Below are positions 57,403 to 59,034 of a stretch of 59,034 bases of DNA, one piece after another. The translations under genes were made by a program, and so were the position numbers. Source of the DNA: Promethearchaeota archaeon (GTDB lineage: Archaea > Asgardarchaeota > Lokiarchaeia > Sigyniarchaeales > SOKP01); NCBI GenBank assembly GCA_016926735.1, contig JAFGOA010000079.1, positions 1-59,034 on the forward strand, written 5' to 3'. The first letter of the stretch is position 1; each line of letters starts with the position of its first letter. Under the pieces are notes generated by a model, which was given only the letters and a program-made list of their open reading frames with translations, was not told the origin of the DNA and made no database searches.

Positions 57403-58092
57403 CTAATTACTTGTTTGATTTATATTGTTTCTATTCTTTAGTTTTAAAAAGGTATGAATTATACGCTGCATAAGAGTATATAGAAGAAGGAAAAAATAAA
57501 TTATAATGAAAATAGTGAAAAATAGATGTGTATAATTTTCATTATTCCATGAATATATTTGGATAAACCATGCTTCTATTGATAAAGCAATTATAAATAT
57601 TATGATTCTTTCAGGTCTTTCCATTAAACCTATTCCTTTCATATTTACATCTTCATTTTCTGCTCTCGCTCGTGTGTATGATATCATCAAGGTTATAAAT
57701 AAAAGAATATAAGCTACAGAAAAGTCTATTAATTTTCCATATGCTAATCCTAAGATTAATAATGCATCAGATAACCTGTCTAAATTAGAATCCAAAAATG
57801 CCCCACTTGGATTATCTTTACCCAATTTTCGGGCAACAGCACCATCAAAAATATCAAAAGCCCCAGCAAAAAATATAAAAAATGGAGGTAACCATGAAAG
57901 TGATAACCCTTTAGAAAGAAATTCAAATCCAATAAAAATACTTGCTATTAACGCACATAAAAAACCTGAAAATGAAAGAAGATTTGGGGATATATTATAT
58001 TTAATTAATAAATTAACAGGACCTTTGATAAAAATATCTAAAAAATTTCTACCTTTCTGAGCTTTTTCAGTGAGATTTCCCTTTTCTGACAA
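57403..58092 (-). CDS. pgsA: CDP-alcohol phosphatidyltransferase (archaetidylinositol phosphate synthase-like)
   Basis: PNLLS, DIFDGAVAR...GAFLDSNLDRLSD, SYTRARAE, GLMERPER. Confidence 0.9.
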   Translation of the reverse strand: MSEKGNLTEKAQKGRNFLDIFIKGPVNLLIKYNISPNLLSFSGFLCALIASIFIGFEFLSKGLSLSWLPPFFIFFAGAFDIFDGAVARKLGKDNPSGAFLDSNLDRLSDALLILGLAYGKLIDFSVAYILLFITLMISYTRARAENEDVNMKGIGLMERPERIIIFIIALSIEAWFIQIYSWNNENYTHLFFTIFIIIYFFLLLYTLMQRIIHTFLKLKNRNNINQTSN

Positions 58093-58135
58093 GTTATATT
58101 TTCTCTAAAATTAGTTTTTTTAGTAAAAGTAATAA

Positions 58136-58738
58136 TCAATAAAATAATTGTTTCAAGTTAAATTTTATTATACGTATAACTGAAGATGCTAGATAAGAAT
58201 TTTCACCAATAGTGACACTTGGGAGATTCAATTTAAGAAATGCTTCGGAATTTATTAGATCTTCACTTTGATTACCAATTATGAAAAAAATTTCTCTTGA
58301 AATAATATTATTTTTTATAGATTTACAAAAATCTTCACCAATTTCTTTTAAAACAAAGATCTGAAAATCTTTTACTTCTTTTTTTTTAAGAAATTCCATC
58401 ATTGATTTATTTTTTATTTTAAGGTTTTTTAACGGATTATTTTGCAGTTTTTCTTTATTATCTTTGTTTAAAATCAGCTGAACAATATATTCAGAAAGCT
58501 TTAATTCATTTTTGGGAAAGGTGGAAAAATCTAATAATTTAGGATCGAATTTAATTGCTCCATAATCTTTAAAAAAAATATGAATTTTAAAATCTTCATC
58601 AAATCCATCATCTTGGAGAATAGAGGATAATATACAACGTGTTATAACATCTAACCTGCCAGAAGAACCAGGAATATCCTTTATAGTATACTTATCTAAA
58701 TTAACACTTTCAGAGTTAATTAAAAAGGTTATTTTCAA
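58136..58738 (-). CDS. trmY: tRNA (pseudouridine54-N1)-methyltransferase TrmY-like (SPOUT)
   Basis: DIPGSSGRLDVITRCILSS, NE, LKEIGED, FIIGNQ, VTIGENSYLASSVI. Confidence 0.75.
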   Translation of the reverse strand: MKITFLINSESVNLDKYTIKDIPGSSGRLDVITRCILSSILQDDGFDEDFKIHIFFKDYGAIKFDPKLLDFSTFPKNELKLSEYIVQLILNKDNKEKLQNNPLKNLKIKNKSMMEFLKKKEVKDFQIFVLKEIGEDFCKSIKNNIISREIFFIIGNQSEDLINSEAFLKLNLPSVTIGENSYLASSVIRIIKFNLKQLFY

Positions 58739-59008
58739 CTAGAATCAAAATATAGTTATTAAACTTAATTTAAATTATCATTGGATACTTTTAAGTTTTT
58801 TAAATAATCGTTTTTTTAATAAAAAATCTTTAATTTTAAAATATTTTTGGCTGTTTATCCTTAAGTATAAGAGAAAGAAAAATGCAAAATATTTATTTAT
58901 TCTATAATTATAGGATACAAAGAAATCTAAAAAAAAAAAAAAAAAGAGAAAATAAAAAAAAAAAATGCCCAATTCATCTAGGCCCCAAATTAGCCCTCCT
59001 CACCGTTT

Positions 59009-59030
59009 CTCTCTCTCTCTCTCTCTCTCT
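59009..59030. repeat. (CT)11 dinucleotide repeat at window end
   Basis: Directly visible; may be a contig-end artefact. Confidence 0.8.
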
Positions 59031-59034
59031 TCTA

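Noticed and set aside
5265-58738. Other genes ending in TGA (e.g. uvrA-like, histidine kinase, TrmB, MBL hydrolase, yjjX, maf, trmY) as Sec read-through candidates
   Set aside because: Proteins look complete at the TGA, no adjacent Cys/redox motif and no SECIS-like hairpin noticed downstream.
58778-58972. 64-aa ORF MGIFFFYFLFFFFF...
   Set aside because: Translation of poly-T tracts; low complexity, no SD.
1-59034. tRNA, rRNA, IS elements, integrases, proviral genes
   Set aside because: No GC-rich cloverleaf or rRNA-like stretch and no transposase, integrase or capsid motifs recognised by eye; a tRNAscan/ISEScan run would be needed to exclude them formally.

Overview
Very AT-rich archaeal chromosomal segment, most consistent with an Asgard archaeon of the Lokiarchaeia/Promethearchaeia type. 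Evidence for that placement: ribosomal eS26, a stand-alone longin-like domain, a small GTPase, an alpha-SNAP-like helical-repeat protein, a PGF/Loki-CTERM-like surface anchor, the ACDS gamma subunit, TrmY and GGTGA-type Shine-Dalgarno sites. About 55 CDS; no rRNA, tRNA, CRISPR array or transposase was recognised. Left arm (1-18.4 kb) is accessory: radical SAM protein, NERD-helicase, a PadR/BtrH-like/class II UvrA operon, a histidine kinase, an arsenic-resistance locus and TetR/SDR. Centre: a four-gene operon (inactive AAA+, SMC5/6-like ATPase, kleisin, KITE), a GTPase pair, nucleotide house-cleaning genes, ThyA and a PadR-controlled ABC-exporter array with a tandem duplication. Right arm is mostly housekeeping. 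Most striking observations: (1) inside the ars locus, a beta-grasp-like ORF whose apparent end is Gly-Cys-TGA-TGA, followed by 33 more open codons and a eukaryote-type SECIS-like hairpin, i.e. a candidate new selenoprotein with a C-U(-U) motif; (2) the SMC5/6-like operon headed by a pseudo-AAA+ ATPase; (3) repeated apparent use of ATT start codons. All family calls come from motif recognition by eye; no database searches were run.
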